Source: Octopus sinensis
Lineage: Eukaryota
Assembly (NCBI RefSeq): GCF_006345805.1
Contig: NC_043022.1
Span: 11,904,001 to 11,968,000, forward strand
Direction: 5' to 3'
Length of the DNA stretch: 64,000 nt
The position numbers and the translations under genes are program-made. Under the pieces are notes generated by a model that made no database searches, was not told the DNA's origin, and saw nothing but the letters and a program-made list of their open reading frames with translations. Shown piece by piece: positions 50,079 through 61,160 of the stretch (position 1 is its first letter; each line of letters starts with the position of its first letter).

Positions 50079-51021
50079 AATATTATAACATTGAGATTGC
50101 ATATGTATTATATACCATAGGTGTATATACCACTGTGAAATGATACTGTGTAACAAGAAGATTATTCAGACTGAAAGATATTAAGGTAATAGAAAAAAAA
50201 AACAAAAACCAAAAGACACTGAACAAATGGCGTACAGCAAGGAGGCATTTTGTTTTTCTGCCGAAGCAAAGATGACAGGAGTTCGAAACCTTGGCCAACA
50301 AACAGATACAGAGGAGATATCGTCTTTTTTTTATTCTTTACAGAGCTGGCAGATGTTGTTGAGAGGAAGAAATAAAGAAAAAAAAGGGGGGGGGGGAAAG
50401 TTCCTTTCCCTATCCCCGCAAAAAAAAAAACAACCGCAACCTATATTCTAAATCTAGCCATTTTCACCTGTAATAATCTACCCCCCCCCCGCCCCACCCC
50501 CTACTATTAAAGTCCCTCTTTCTCTCTTAAAAAAATGTGTTCTTCCATCATCATGCAATGCCATGCTGCCTCCCTTCTTCCTCTTCCTCCTCCTACGGAA
50601 TGCTGTGAGGATTATTATGATGATGATGATTTGCTCATGACGTCACTTCCCCCCCACTTCCTCTACCGCAACCCCCCACCCCGTCACGCACACATACATA
50701 CATACACACACGACACCCAACACCAATGCCGCCGCCACCACCACCACCGCCAGCGACAATAATCACTCACTGATGGTGTTTACCACATCGCCTCCACTTC
50801 TTAAAATAAGTCACACACACAGAAAAGAAAAGAAAAGAGCAAGTGTGTGTGTGTGTGTACTGTGAGTGACTAACAGACAGATACAGGTTTGTCCTCGCTT
50901 CCCTTCCTCCTCTTCTCCCCCCTCCCCCACCACCACCACACTTTCAGCTGCAGCAGTATAGAGAAACTTCAGTACCCCCACCACACCCCACCCCTCTCAT
51001 TCTACAAAACTTCCAGAACAT

Positions 51022-51070
<49 letters not shown>

Positions 51071-51498
51071 TTCAGGAAGTTCCCACACTAAAATCAGCCA
51101 CCCAAAGCTCTAAAGAAAAAAATTTAAAAGCAAAAAAAAAAAAAAAAAAAAGACTAGATGCACACCCACCCGCCCACCCACCGACCAACACCAAACCAGG
51201 GTCATAGTAACCTCTACTAAAACCAGCCGGGGTACCCCCTAAAAACATGGCCCTAACCCTCAACTGTCATCATACCCCTCCCACACTGGCTACATATCCT
51301 CCTCCTCCTCCTCCTAACCCCTGCCCCTCCCATCCCATTCCCCTATAATACTTCTGAATCCCGTTAATTCCTCATTCTTCTTCTTCTTCTTTGTAATGGA
51401 ATCAGGTGACTGGAAGCAGCAGGTTTGATGATGTCAGGAAGCTGAAAAAAGAAAGAAGAAATGAACAGGTTTTATTTTGGAGAAGAAGAATTAGATAT

Positions 51499-51571
51499 GC
51501 CCTCACAGTTCAGTTGGTAGAGCATCAGACTTTTAATCTGAGGGTTGTGGGTTCGTGTCCCCCAGCAGGCG
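51499..51571 (+). tRNA. tRNA-Lys(UUU)-derived sequence, probably a pseudogene
   Basis: 73 nt with D arm GTTC/GAGC, anticodon arm TCAGA-CTTTTAA-TCTGA, GGTTCG T-loop and a downstream T-run. The acceptor stem GCCCTCA/AGCAGGC has 3 mismatches and the T stem has 1. Confidence 0.75.
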
Positions 51572-51593
51572 AAGCATTTGTTTTTTATAGGCA

Positions 51594-52318
51594 AACGTGG
51601 CCGTAGCCAGCGCCGCATCAACTGGCCTCTGTGCCGGTGGCATGTAACAAACACCATCCGATCGTGGCTGTTGCCAGCCTCGCCTGGCCTCTGTGCCGGT
51701 GGCACGTAAAAAGCACCATCCGAGCGTGGCCGTTCGCCAGCCTCGCCTGGCCCCCGTGCCAGTAGCATGTAAAAAGCACCATCCGATCGTAGCCGTTTGC
51801 CAGCCTCGCCTGGCCCCCGTGCCGGTGGCATGTAACAAACACCATCCGATCGTGGCTGTTGCCAGCCTCGCCTGGCCTCTGTGCCAGTGGCACGTAAAAA
51901 GCACCATCCGAGCGTGGCCGTTCGCCAGCCTTGTCTGGCACCTGTGTCGGTGGCACGTAAAAAGCACCATCCGATCGTGGCCGTTTGCCAGCCTCGCCTG
52001 GGCCCCGTGCCGGTGGCATGTAACAAACACCATCCGATCGTGGCAGTTGCCAGCCTCGCCTGGCCTCTGTGCCAGTGGCACGTAAAAAGCACCATCCGAG
52101 CGTGGCCGTTCGCCAGCCTTGTCTGGCACCTGTGTCGGTGGCACGTAAAAAGCACCCACTACACTCACGGAGTGGTTGGCGTTAGGAAGGGCATTCAGCT
52201 GTAGAAACACTGCCAGATCAGACTGGCCTGGTGCAGCCTTCTGGCTTCCCAGACCTCAGTTGAACCGTCCAACCCATGCTAGCATGGAAAGCGGACGTTA
52301 AACGATGATAATGATGAG
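51594..52318 (+). mobile_element. SINE family C with RTE-type (GAT)n tail and internal 62-63-bp tandem units (copies e.g. 13935-14160 -, 41140-41530 +, 43803-44100 -, 48500-48795 +, 56088-56665 -)
   Basis: Shared 3' end ...ccaacccatgctagcatggaaagcggacgttaaacgatgatg and variable numbers of taaaaagcaccatccg units. Confidence 0.85.
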
Positions 52319-54768
52319 GCGCACGAGTGGCTGTGTGGTAAGTAGCTTGCTTACCAACCACATGGTTCTGGGCTCATTACCACTGCATGGCACCTTGGGC
52401 AAGTGTCTCCTAGTATAGCCTGATGAGTGGATTTGGTAGACAGAAACTGAAAGAAGCCTGTTATATATATGTTGTATGTATGTATGTGTGGGTGGGTGTC
52501 TGTATTTGTCCCCCCAACATTGCTTGACAACCAATGCTGGTGTGTTTACATCTGCATAACTTAGCGGTTCGGCAAAAGAGACCGATAGAATAAGTACTAG
52601 TCTTACAAAGAATAAGTCCTGGGGTTGATTTGCTCAACTAAAGGTGGTGCCCCAGCATGACCACAGTCAAATGACTGAAACAAGTAAAAGAGTATATAGG
52701 TGTGTGCATACATGTGTTTGTGTGTGTGAAAGGCAAAGTCAACCTCAGCAGAATTTGAACTCAGAACGTAGCAGCAAACGAAATACCTATTTCTTTACTA
52801 CCCACAAGGGGCTACACACAGAGGGGACAAACAAACGGATTAAGTCGATTACATTGACCCCAGTGCATAACTGGTACTTATTTAATTGACCTCGAAAGGA
52901 TGAAAGGCAAAGTTGACCTCGGCGGAATTTGAACTCAGAACGTAACAGCAGACGAAATACCTATTTCTTTACTACCCACAAGGGGCTAAACACAGAGAGG
53001 ACAAACAAACGGATTAAGTCGATTACATTGACCCCAGTGCGTAACTGGTACTTATTTAATTGACCCCGAAAGGATGAAAGGCAAAGTCGACCTTGGCGGA
53101 ATTTGAACTCAGAACATAGCGGCAGACGAAATACTGCTAACGATTCTGCCAGCTCGCTGCCTTCTTGCCCCATCTTGTCAGATGATGGAAGCCCACTCAG
53201 ATTCAGCCTGATTATTGCGATTCCCTTTCACCCTTACATTTGTATGGATATGTTTTTTTACGTCATTGCAGTCATTGCCAATAAGACTTCCAAAACAATA
53301 AATGTGAAATCCTGTCTGTCCAGGACCCATCTATCACAGTCTTCATTTGCTCTACAAAGACATATCTCTTTTTGGAATCAGGATGATACCGGGTTTGAAA
53401 ATTTTCTTCTTGAACATCCAGCATTTGGATCTGATTTGAAAGCATTTGGGCTGCTATTTCTAGCAGAAATAGCAACCCAAAAGCTTGGCTGATTCACACA
53501 CCATCTTGGTTGGCGTTTGTCAGATGTTATCAGAGACCAAGGGGGAGATTAAATGGCATTAGCTTTGTCAATTTTACATCCAGATGAGAACTTTGGGACG
53601 AATTGGCCTACAGCTGGAATTCAACTTGGGACTGGAACAATAAAATGATTGTATTACAGGATTAATATTGTATTACAGTCATTATAAATGCATCATATTC
53701 AAGCTATTTAGCTCTCTTTCGTTTTGGGATGCAGGCCCAATTAGCCCTCAGCAGGACCTAGCATAAAAGCCAGCACAGAGTACAGCTTTTAAGCTAGTTA
53801 ATAAAATCCGAAACAGATCAAGTAATGAAATGAGAGTGAGACATCTTCTGTAGGTCGCTGGATTTAAGTGACAAAATTTGGTATGACATTTTTGCCACTT
53901 TCTCGGTTGTCATAGTAGGTTCCAGTGACAAGCTCCCATTCATCATCATCATTTAATGTCCATTGTTCATGCTGGCATGGGTTGGACGAATTTGACTGAG
54001 CTGGCACACTGGAAGGCTGCGCCAGGATCCAGTCTGATTTGGAATGGTTTTCTACAACTTGATGCCCTTCCTAACACAATCACTCCAAGTGTGTAATGGA
54101 TGCTTTTACGTGCCACCAGCATGGGTGCCATTTGTGTGACACTGGTATCTGCCACAACTGGACTTTTGCTCGCCTTAATAGGTCTTCTCGAGCACAACAT
54201 AATGCCAAAGATCTTGGCCATTGCCTCTGTAAACCCCAACACTCGAAAGGAACTCAGCCACTTTGTCTCCATGAAGCCCAATGCTCGAAAGCAATTATTT
54301 CTAATAAAGCAGCTCTTCCAAGAGAGAGATACTCTGACATAGTTAGTTAAGTTAATTTTTTTTGGCTCAAAAAGCAAAAAGCAAGGCCATGTAGGGGGAC
54401 ATGGAGTTATGTACAGGGAGGGTGTTCATGCAAAGAGTTCAGGCCATTTCTGGTTAAGAGAGTCTTTGAACCGAGCGGTAGTCGGCATCTTCACTATCTC
54501 GTCCGGCAGCTTATTCCACGGATCCGCAACCCGGACGGAGAAAGCCCCTCTCCTTCGATTGAGATGAAATCGTCGCAGATAGAGTTTTCCGGAGTGACCC
54601 CGCAGCCTACGCTTGGGAGCAGGAGTGAAGAACAGCTCTTTCGAGAGGTTACACTTTCCACTTATAAAACATGCAGTTAAAACAGTACCAGTCATTTTGC
54701 AATATAAGTAGATATATATATATATATATATATATATAAGCGAGAAAGAGCAACAAGAATGGATAGGT

Positions 54769-54859
54769 TTTTAGTACGATCGTTTCATACAAGGACAGGT
54801 TTTATTAAAAGTTGCAAAGATTACAGCATATAAACGAGTCCCGTACTCATCAGCTAAAA
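54769..54859 (-). ncRNA. Type I hammerhead ribozyme motif (left arm of palindrome)
   Basis: Exact reverse complement of 55368-55458. Cleavage predicted between 54775 and 54774. Confidence 0.8.
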
Positions 54860-55367
54860 TACATGTAAGTTCTCTAGACATCCTAGTGTTTGAGGCTATA
54901 CTCATGAAGTAATGTAGATAATTAAACAGATTTCTAAAGTTCATTAAAGTTCTTTAAAGATGATGTACAGTCTTATCACAGAATTTTAAAAAAGTTTTGA
55001 TAGCATCACAGAGAAGGTGACCTAATCCATATGAATTTCCATAGATATGATGAGGGATTATATACTCACAGGAGACAAATTTATCCATTGTTAATTACAA
55101 CGAGGTGGGTCTCAATTCCTGCTTATTAGCATTACAGAGAGGGTGAATTAATCCTTTGTATATATGCACAGATTCCAATGGTGTAGATGTAAGTTTCCAG
55201 AGAAATGGATGCTATCTGTGATGCTATCAAAACTTTTTTAAAATTCTGTGATAAGACTGTACATCATCTTTAAAGAACTTTAATGAACTTTAGAAATCTG
55301 TTTAATTATCTACATTACTTCATGAGTATAGCCTCAAACACTAGGATGTCTAGAGAACTTACATGTA

Positions 55368-55458
55368 TTTTAGCTGATGAGTACGGGACTCGTTTATATG
55401 CTGTAATCTTTGCAACTTTTAATAAAACCTGTCCTTGTATGAAACGATCGTACTAAAA
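55368..55458 (+). ncRNA. Type I hammerhead ribozyme motif (right arm of palindrome)
   Basis: UUUUAG-CUGAUGA-[GUAC-GGGAC/GUCCU-U-GUAU helix II]-GAAA-CGAUCG-UA|CUAAAA. Helix I is 6 bp, helix III is the palindrome ACGAUCGU, and cleavage is predicted after 55452. Confidence 0.8.
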
Positions 55459-57029
55459 ACCTATCCATTCTTGTTGCTTCTTTCTCGCTTATAATCACCC
55501 CACATTACTGTATTGTTAAATCAGTATAGTTTTTTTTGGTGCATCTAAGTTAGGTACCATATTCAAGTAAATTTTTTTTAAATTAACTTGAATCTTTATT
55601 GCTCTTATATATATATATATATGTAGATACACCGTTTATATTTTACTCCTTTCAGTCATTACACTATGGCCATGCTGGAGCACCACCTTGAAAAAAACTT
55701 TTAGTCAAACAAATCAACTCCAGTACTTTTTTTTTTTTGCTTTGAAGCCTGATACTTATTCTATCAGAATCTTTTGCCAAACTGCTAAATTACGGGGATG
55801 TAAACACACCAACACCAGTTGTTAGGTGGTGGTGGTGGGGGACAAAAAAAAACACAGACATATTTGACAGGCTTCTTTCAGTTTCTGTCTACCAAATCTG
55901 CTCACAAGGCTTTGGTCAGCCTGAGGCTATAGTAGAAGACACTTGCTGAAGGTGCCACACAGTGGGACTGACCCCAGAACAATGTGGTTGGGATAGGGCT
56001 TCCACACAGTTTCCTTCTGGTTGCAAAGCAAGCTTCTTAACCACACAGCCATGCTGGAGCTTATAGTGAACATTATGAATGATTATGATCATCATCATCA
56101 TCGTTTAGCGTCCGCTTTCCATGCTAGCATGGGTTGGACGGTCCAACTGGGGTCTGTGAAGCTGGAAGGCTGCATCAGGCCCAGTCTGATCTGGCAATGT
56201 TTCTACGTCTGGATGCCCTTCCTAACGCCAACCACTCCGTGAGTGTAGTGGGTGGCAAACGGCCACGATCGGATGGTGCTTTTTACGTTCCACCGGCACG
56301 GGGGCCAGGCGAGGCTGCCAATGGCCCCGATCGGATGGTGCTTTTTACGTGCCACCGACATAGGTGCCAGGCGAGGCTGACAACGGCTCCGATCGGATGG
56401 TGCTTTTTACGTGCCACCAGCATGGGGGCCAGGCAAGGCTAGCAACGGCCACGATCGGATGGTGCTTTTTACGTTCCACCAGCACGGGGCCAGGCGAGGC
56501 TGCCAACGGCCACGATCGGATGGTGCTTTTTACGTGCCACCAGCATGGGGGCCAGGCAAGGCTAGCAACGGCCACGATCGGATGGTGCTTTTTACGTGCC
56601 ACCAGCATGGGGGCCAGGCAAGGCTAGCAACGGCCACGATCGGATGGTGCTTTTTACGTGCCGAATGACAAACATTATAAAACAACAGTTTTGTAGCATT
56701 ATGACAATAGTTGTGGTTTACAAAGACTGAATCGCAAATATTTTAATTGTTTCAGTACAATTATTTTTAGAAGAGAAAATATGAAGCAAAACAAAGGAAA
56801 CTAGTTTCCCCACCAAACTGGTACAGTCTGGTTTAATCCAGTAGCCTGATAAAAAGATGGGAATGGTTGTGTCAGGAACGCCTCGGGGGGGCTGACCCGG
56901 GGCTAAAAAATGTGCTGCAGAGGGAGGCAGCAAGGGGACTGTTTTAAAGAAGTCTTTTTTTATGTAAGTTAGTCAAGAGGAGACAATTCCCTGTCATTAT
57001 CACTCTCCCAGCACTGGTAAGACATATAA

Positions 57030-57122
57030 ATAGTAGTAGTGATTGTAGTAGAGGTAGCAGTAGTGATAGTAGTAGTAGTGATTGTAGTAGAGGTAGCAGT
57101 AGTGATAGTAGTAGTAGTAGTA

Positions 57123-57164
<42 letters not shown>

Positions 57165-57170
57165 AAAGTA
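57030..57170. repeat. (GTA)n trinucleotide tract
   Basis: Direct reading. Confidence 0.93.
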
Positions 57171-57228
57171 GTGGTGGTGTTGGTGAGAGGAGGAGCAGTA
57201 GTCATAGTAATATACTTACACCAATGTT

Positions 57229-57294
57229 TCATTCAAGTTTCAGAAATTTCTTTACATCCTGGGCCTCAACGGCCTCATAAAACAGGTCGTAATC
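57229..57294 (-). CDS. SH3BGRL3: SH3BGRL3-like last coding exon DYDLFYEAVEAQDVKKFLKLE*
   Basis: Acceptor ctcccttgcag|GAT, in phase with the previous exon. Resembles the SH3BGRL3 end DYELFVEAVEQNTLQEFLKLA. Not shown in the ORF track. Confidence 0.88.
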   Translation of the reverse strand, partial: DYDLFYEAVEAQDVKKFLKLE

Positions 57295-57539
57295 CTGCAA
57301 GGGAGACGAAGCAAAAAGATTAAAAAAATTATTTCATTACAAAATTATCAGTTAATTTTTAGAGAGAGAATTTTTCTTTACATCATTTATTTATAGGTAC
57401 TGGCGAGGGATTGAACCTGAAGCCATGTGGTCGACCACATGGCTTCGGATTCAATCCCACTGCATGGCATCTTGGGCAGTTGTCTTCTACTATAACCCTG
57501 GGCTAACGAAAGCCTTCTGAATGGACTTGGTAGACAGAA

Positions 57540-57940
57540 GTTAGTTAGTTAGTTAGTTAATTGGCTCAAAAGCAAATAGCAAGGCCATGTAGGGGGACAT
57601 GGAGTTAAGTACAGGGTGGTGTTCATGTAAAGAGTTCAGGCCACTTGAGGTCCAGGGAGGCTTTGAACAAAGCGGTCGTCGGCATCTTCACCATCTCGTC
57701 TGGCAGCTTGTTCCAAGGATCCGCAACCTGGACGGAGAAAGCTCCTCTCCTTCGATTGAGATGAAATCGTCGCAGATAGAGCTTTTCGGAATGACCCCGC
57801 AGCCGACGCTCTGGAGCAGGAGTGAAGAACAGCTCTTTCGAGAGGTTACACTTTCCGCTTATGATGTTGTGGGCGAGAATGAGATCACCACGGCGGCGGC
57901 GTTTTTCAAGAGAATAAAGGTCGAGCGTCCTCAGCCTTTC
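57540..57940 (-). mobile_element. Second CR1-like LINE family, 3' fragment (also 24245-24483 +, 27370-27775 -, 54340-54662 -)
   Basis: [20 protein letters not shown] motif and (TAAC)n tail; copies are mutually very similar. Confidence 0.82.
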
Positions 57941-58199
57941 AAAAGAAACTTCTCGTTTTGTGCGTGTGCTTGTTTTAATGTGCCCCTTGCCTTAACATTG
58001 CATCATAGTTGTAAACAAATGGCATCCTTCATTCCCAGTTTTGTTTGAAAATCATGTCTGGCCATGGGAAAAGATTACCTCCCTTGGAAACGAAGGTTGG
58101 CAACAGGAAGAACGTCCAGTCTTAGAAAATCTGCTTCAACAAGCTTTGCCCAACCCCGTTCAAACATGGAGAGGTGAATGCTAAAACAATGAAGATGAT

Positions 58200-58415
58200 G
58201 AGCTGGCAGAAACGTTAGCACGCCGGGCGAAATGCGTAGCTGTATTTCGTCTGAGTTCTGAGTTCAAATTCCGCCGAGGTCGACTTTGCCTTTCGTCCTT
58301 TCGGGGTCGATTAAATAAGTACCAGTTACGCACTGGGTGCGATATAATCGACTTAATCCGTTTGTCTGTCCTTGTTTGTCCTCTGCGTTTAGCCCCTTGT
58401 GGGTAGTAAAGAAAT
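58200..58415 (+). mobile_element. tRNA-derived SINE family B (copies e.g. 13130-13352 -, 19795-20028 +, 25007-25245 +, 27045-27270 +, 37575-37806 -, 40680-40895 -)
   Basis: Recurrent about 230-bp unit: A-box tggcagaaacgttag, B-box gagttcaaattcc, tail gtagtaaagaaata. Confidence 0.9.
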
Positions 58416-58669
58416 ACAAAATGATGATGATGATAACGATTTATATACACACCTGTACTACGTTTTCATTAATTTGGTCCACCATCATCATGGGGCTTAT
58501 TCTTGAATGCTTACAGGAGTCAGACAGAGTTTACCAAGTTGGATTTTCCATGACCAGATATTCTTCCTGTTGCCAACCCCCACCCGTTTCCAAATGAGGT
58601 GTAACATTTCCCCATTGCCAAACAATGCTTTTGCAGAATATTAGAAATGAATGACACTGCACGTATGAC

Positions 58670-61160
58670 ACATAGTATACATCAATGTGACACAGTACAC
58701 AATGATCTTACATAGTACACATCAATGTGACACAGTACACAATGATCTTACATAGTACACATCAATGTGACACAGTACACAATGATCTTACATAGTACAA
58801 TCAATGTGACACAGCACACACACAATGATCTACATAGTACACATCAATGTGACACAGTACACAATGATCTTACATAGTACACATCAATGTGACACAGTAC
58901 ACAATGATCTTACATAGTACACATCAATGTAACACAGTACACAATGATCTTACATAGTACACATCAATGTGACACAGCACACACAATGATCTTACATAGT
59001 ACACATCAATGTGACACAGCACACACAATGATCTTACATAGTACACATCAATGTGACACAGTACACAATGATCTTACATAGTACACATCAATGTGACACA
59101 GTACACAATGATCTTACATAGTACACATCAATGAGACACAGTACACAATGATCTACATAGTACACATCAATGTGACACAGTACACAATGATCTTACATAG
59201 TACACATCAATGTGACACAGTACACAATGATCTTACATAGTACACATCATGTGACACAGTACACAATGATCTACATAGTACACATCAATGTGACACAGCA
59301 CACACAATGATCTTACATAGTACACATCAATGTGACACAGCACACACAATGATCTTACATAGTACACATCAATGTGACACAGTACACAATGATCTTACAT
59401 AGTACACATCAATGTGACACAGTACACAATGATCTTACATAGTACACATCAATGTGACACAGTACACAATGATCTTACATAGTACACATCAATGTGACAC
59501 AGTACACAATGATCTTACATAGTACACATCAATGTGACACAGTACACAATGATCTTACATAGTATACATCAATGTGACACAGTACACAATGATCTTACAT
59601 AGTACACATCAATGTGACACAGTACACAATGATCTTACATAGTACACATCAATGTGACACAGTACACAATGATCTTACATAGTACACATCAATGTGACAC
59701 AGTACACAATGATCTTACATAGTATACATCAATGTGACACAGTACACAATGATCTTACATAGTACACATCAATGTGACACAGCACACACAATGATCTTAC
59801 ATAGTACACATCAATGTGACACAGTACACAATGATCTTACATAGTACACATCAATGTGACACAGTACACAATGATCTTACATAGTATACATCAATGTGAC
59901 ACAGTACACAATGATCTTACATAGTATACATCAATGTGACACAGTACACAATGATCTTACATAGTACACATCAATGTGACACAGTACACAATGATCTTAC
60001 ATAGTACACATCAATGTGACACAGTACACAATGATCTTACATAGTACACATCAATGTGACACAGTACACAATGATCTTACATAGTACACATCAATGTGAC
60101 ACAGTACACAATGATCTTACATAGTACACATCAATGTGACACAGTACACAATGATCTTACATAGTACACATCAATGTGACACAGTACACAATGATCTTAC
60201 ATAGTACACATCAATGTGACACAGTACACAATGATCTTACATAGTACACATCAATGTGACACAGCACACACAATGATCTTACATAGTACACATCAATGTG
60301 ACACAGTACACAATGATCTTACATAGTACACATCAATGTGACACAGTACACAATGATATTACATAGTACACATCAATGTGACACAGTACACAATGATCTT
60401 ACATAGTACACATCAATGTCACACAGTACACAATGATCTTACATAGTATACATCAATGTGACACAGTACACAATGATCTTACATAGTACACATCAATGTG
60501 ACACAGTATACAATGATCTTACATAGTACACATCAATGTGACACAGTACACAATGATCTTACATAGTATACATCAATGTGACACAGTACACAATGATCTT
60601 ACATAGTATACATCAATGTGACACAGTACACAATGATCTTACATAGTACACATCAATGTGACACAGTACACAATGATCTTACATAGTACACATCAATGTG
60701 ACACAGTACACAATGATCTTACATAGTACACATCAATGTGACACAGTACACAATGATCTACATAGTACACATCAATGTGACACAGTACACAATGATCTTA
60801 CATAGTACACATCAATGTGACACAGTACACAATGATCTTACATAGTACACATCAATGTGACACAGTACACAATGATCTTACATAGTACACATCAATGTGA
60901 CACAGTACACAATGATCTTACATAGTACACATCAATGTGACACAGTACACAATGATCTTACATAGCATATATCAATGTGACACAGTACACAATGATCTTA
61001 CATAGTACACATGAATGTATGACACAGTACACATCAATGTGACACAGTACACAATGATCTTACATAGTACACATGAATGTATGACATGGTACACATCAAT
61101 GTGACACAGTACACAATGATCTTACATAGTACACATGAATGTATGATATAGTACACACCA
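58670..61160. repeat. 40-bp satellite, about 60 copies
   Basis: Unit acatagtacacatcaatgtgacacagtacacaatgatctt, highly homogeneous and degenerating at the right end. Confidence 0.97.

Larger units (their letters stand above)
54735..55493. mobile_element. Foldback/Penelope-like non-autonomous element: 278/279-bp inverted arms + 202-bp spacer, HHR in each arm
   Basis: 54735-55012 is the reverse complement of 55215-55493 apart from one 1-nt indel. The left end abuts (TA)n. Confidence 0.8.

Noticed and set aside
51472-52210. Long repeated ORFs (227, 225 aa)
   Set aside because: Products of the 62-63-bp SINE-internal tandem units.
53660-53705. EYDAF-like peptide on - resembling the SH3BGR end
   Set aside because: The frame stops within a few codons; 57229-57294 fits far better.
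57039-57323. Poly-Val / poly-Thr ORFs
   Set aside because: (GTA)n repeat; the real exon here is 57229-57294 on -.
58670-61160. CRISPR-like regular repeat
   Set aside because: No unique spacers; a plain satellite in eukaryotic DNA.
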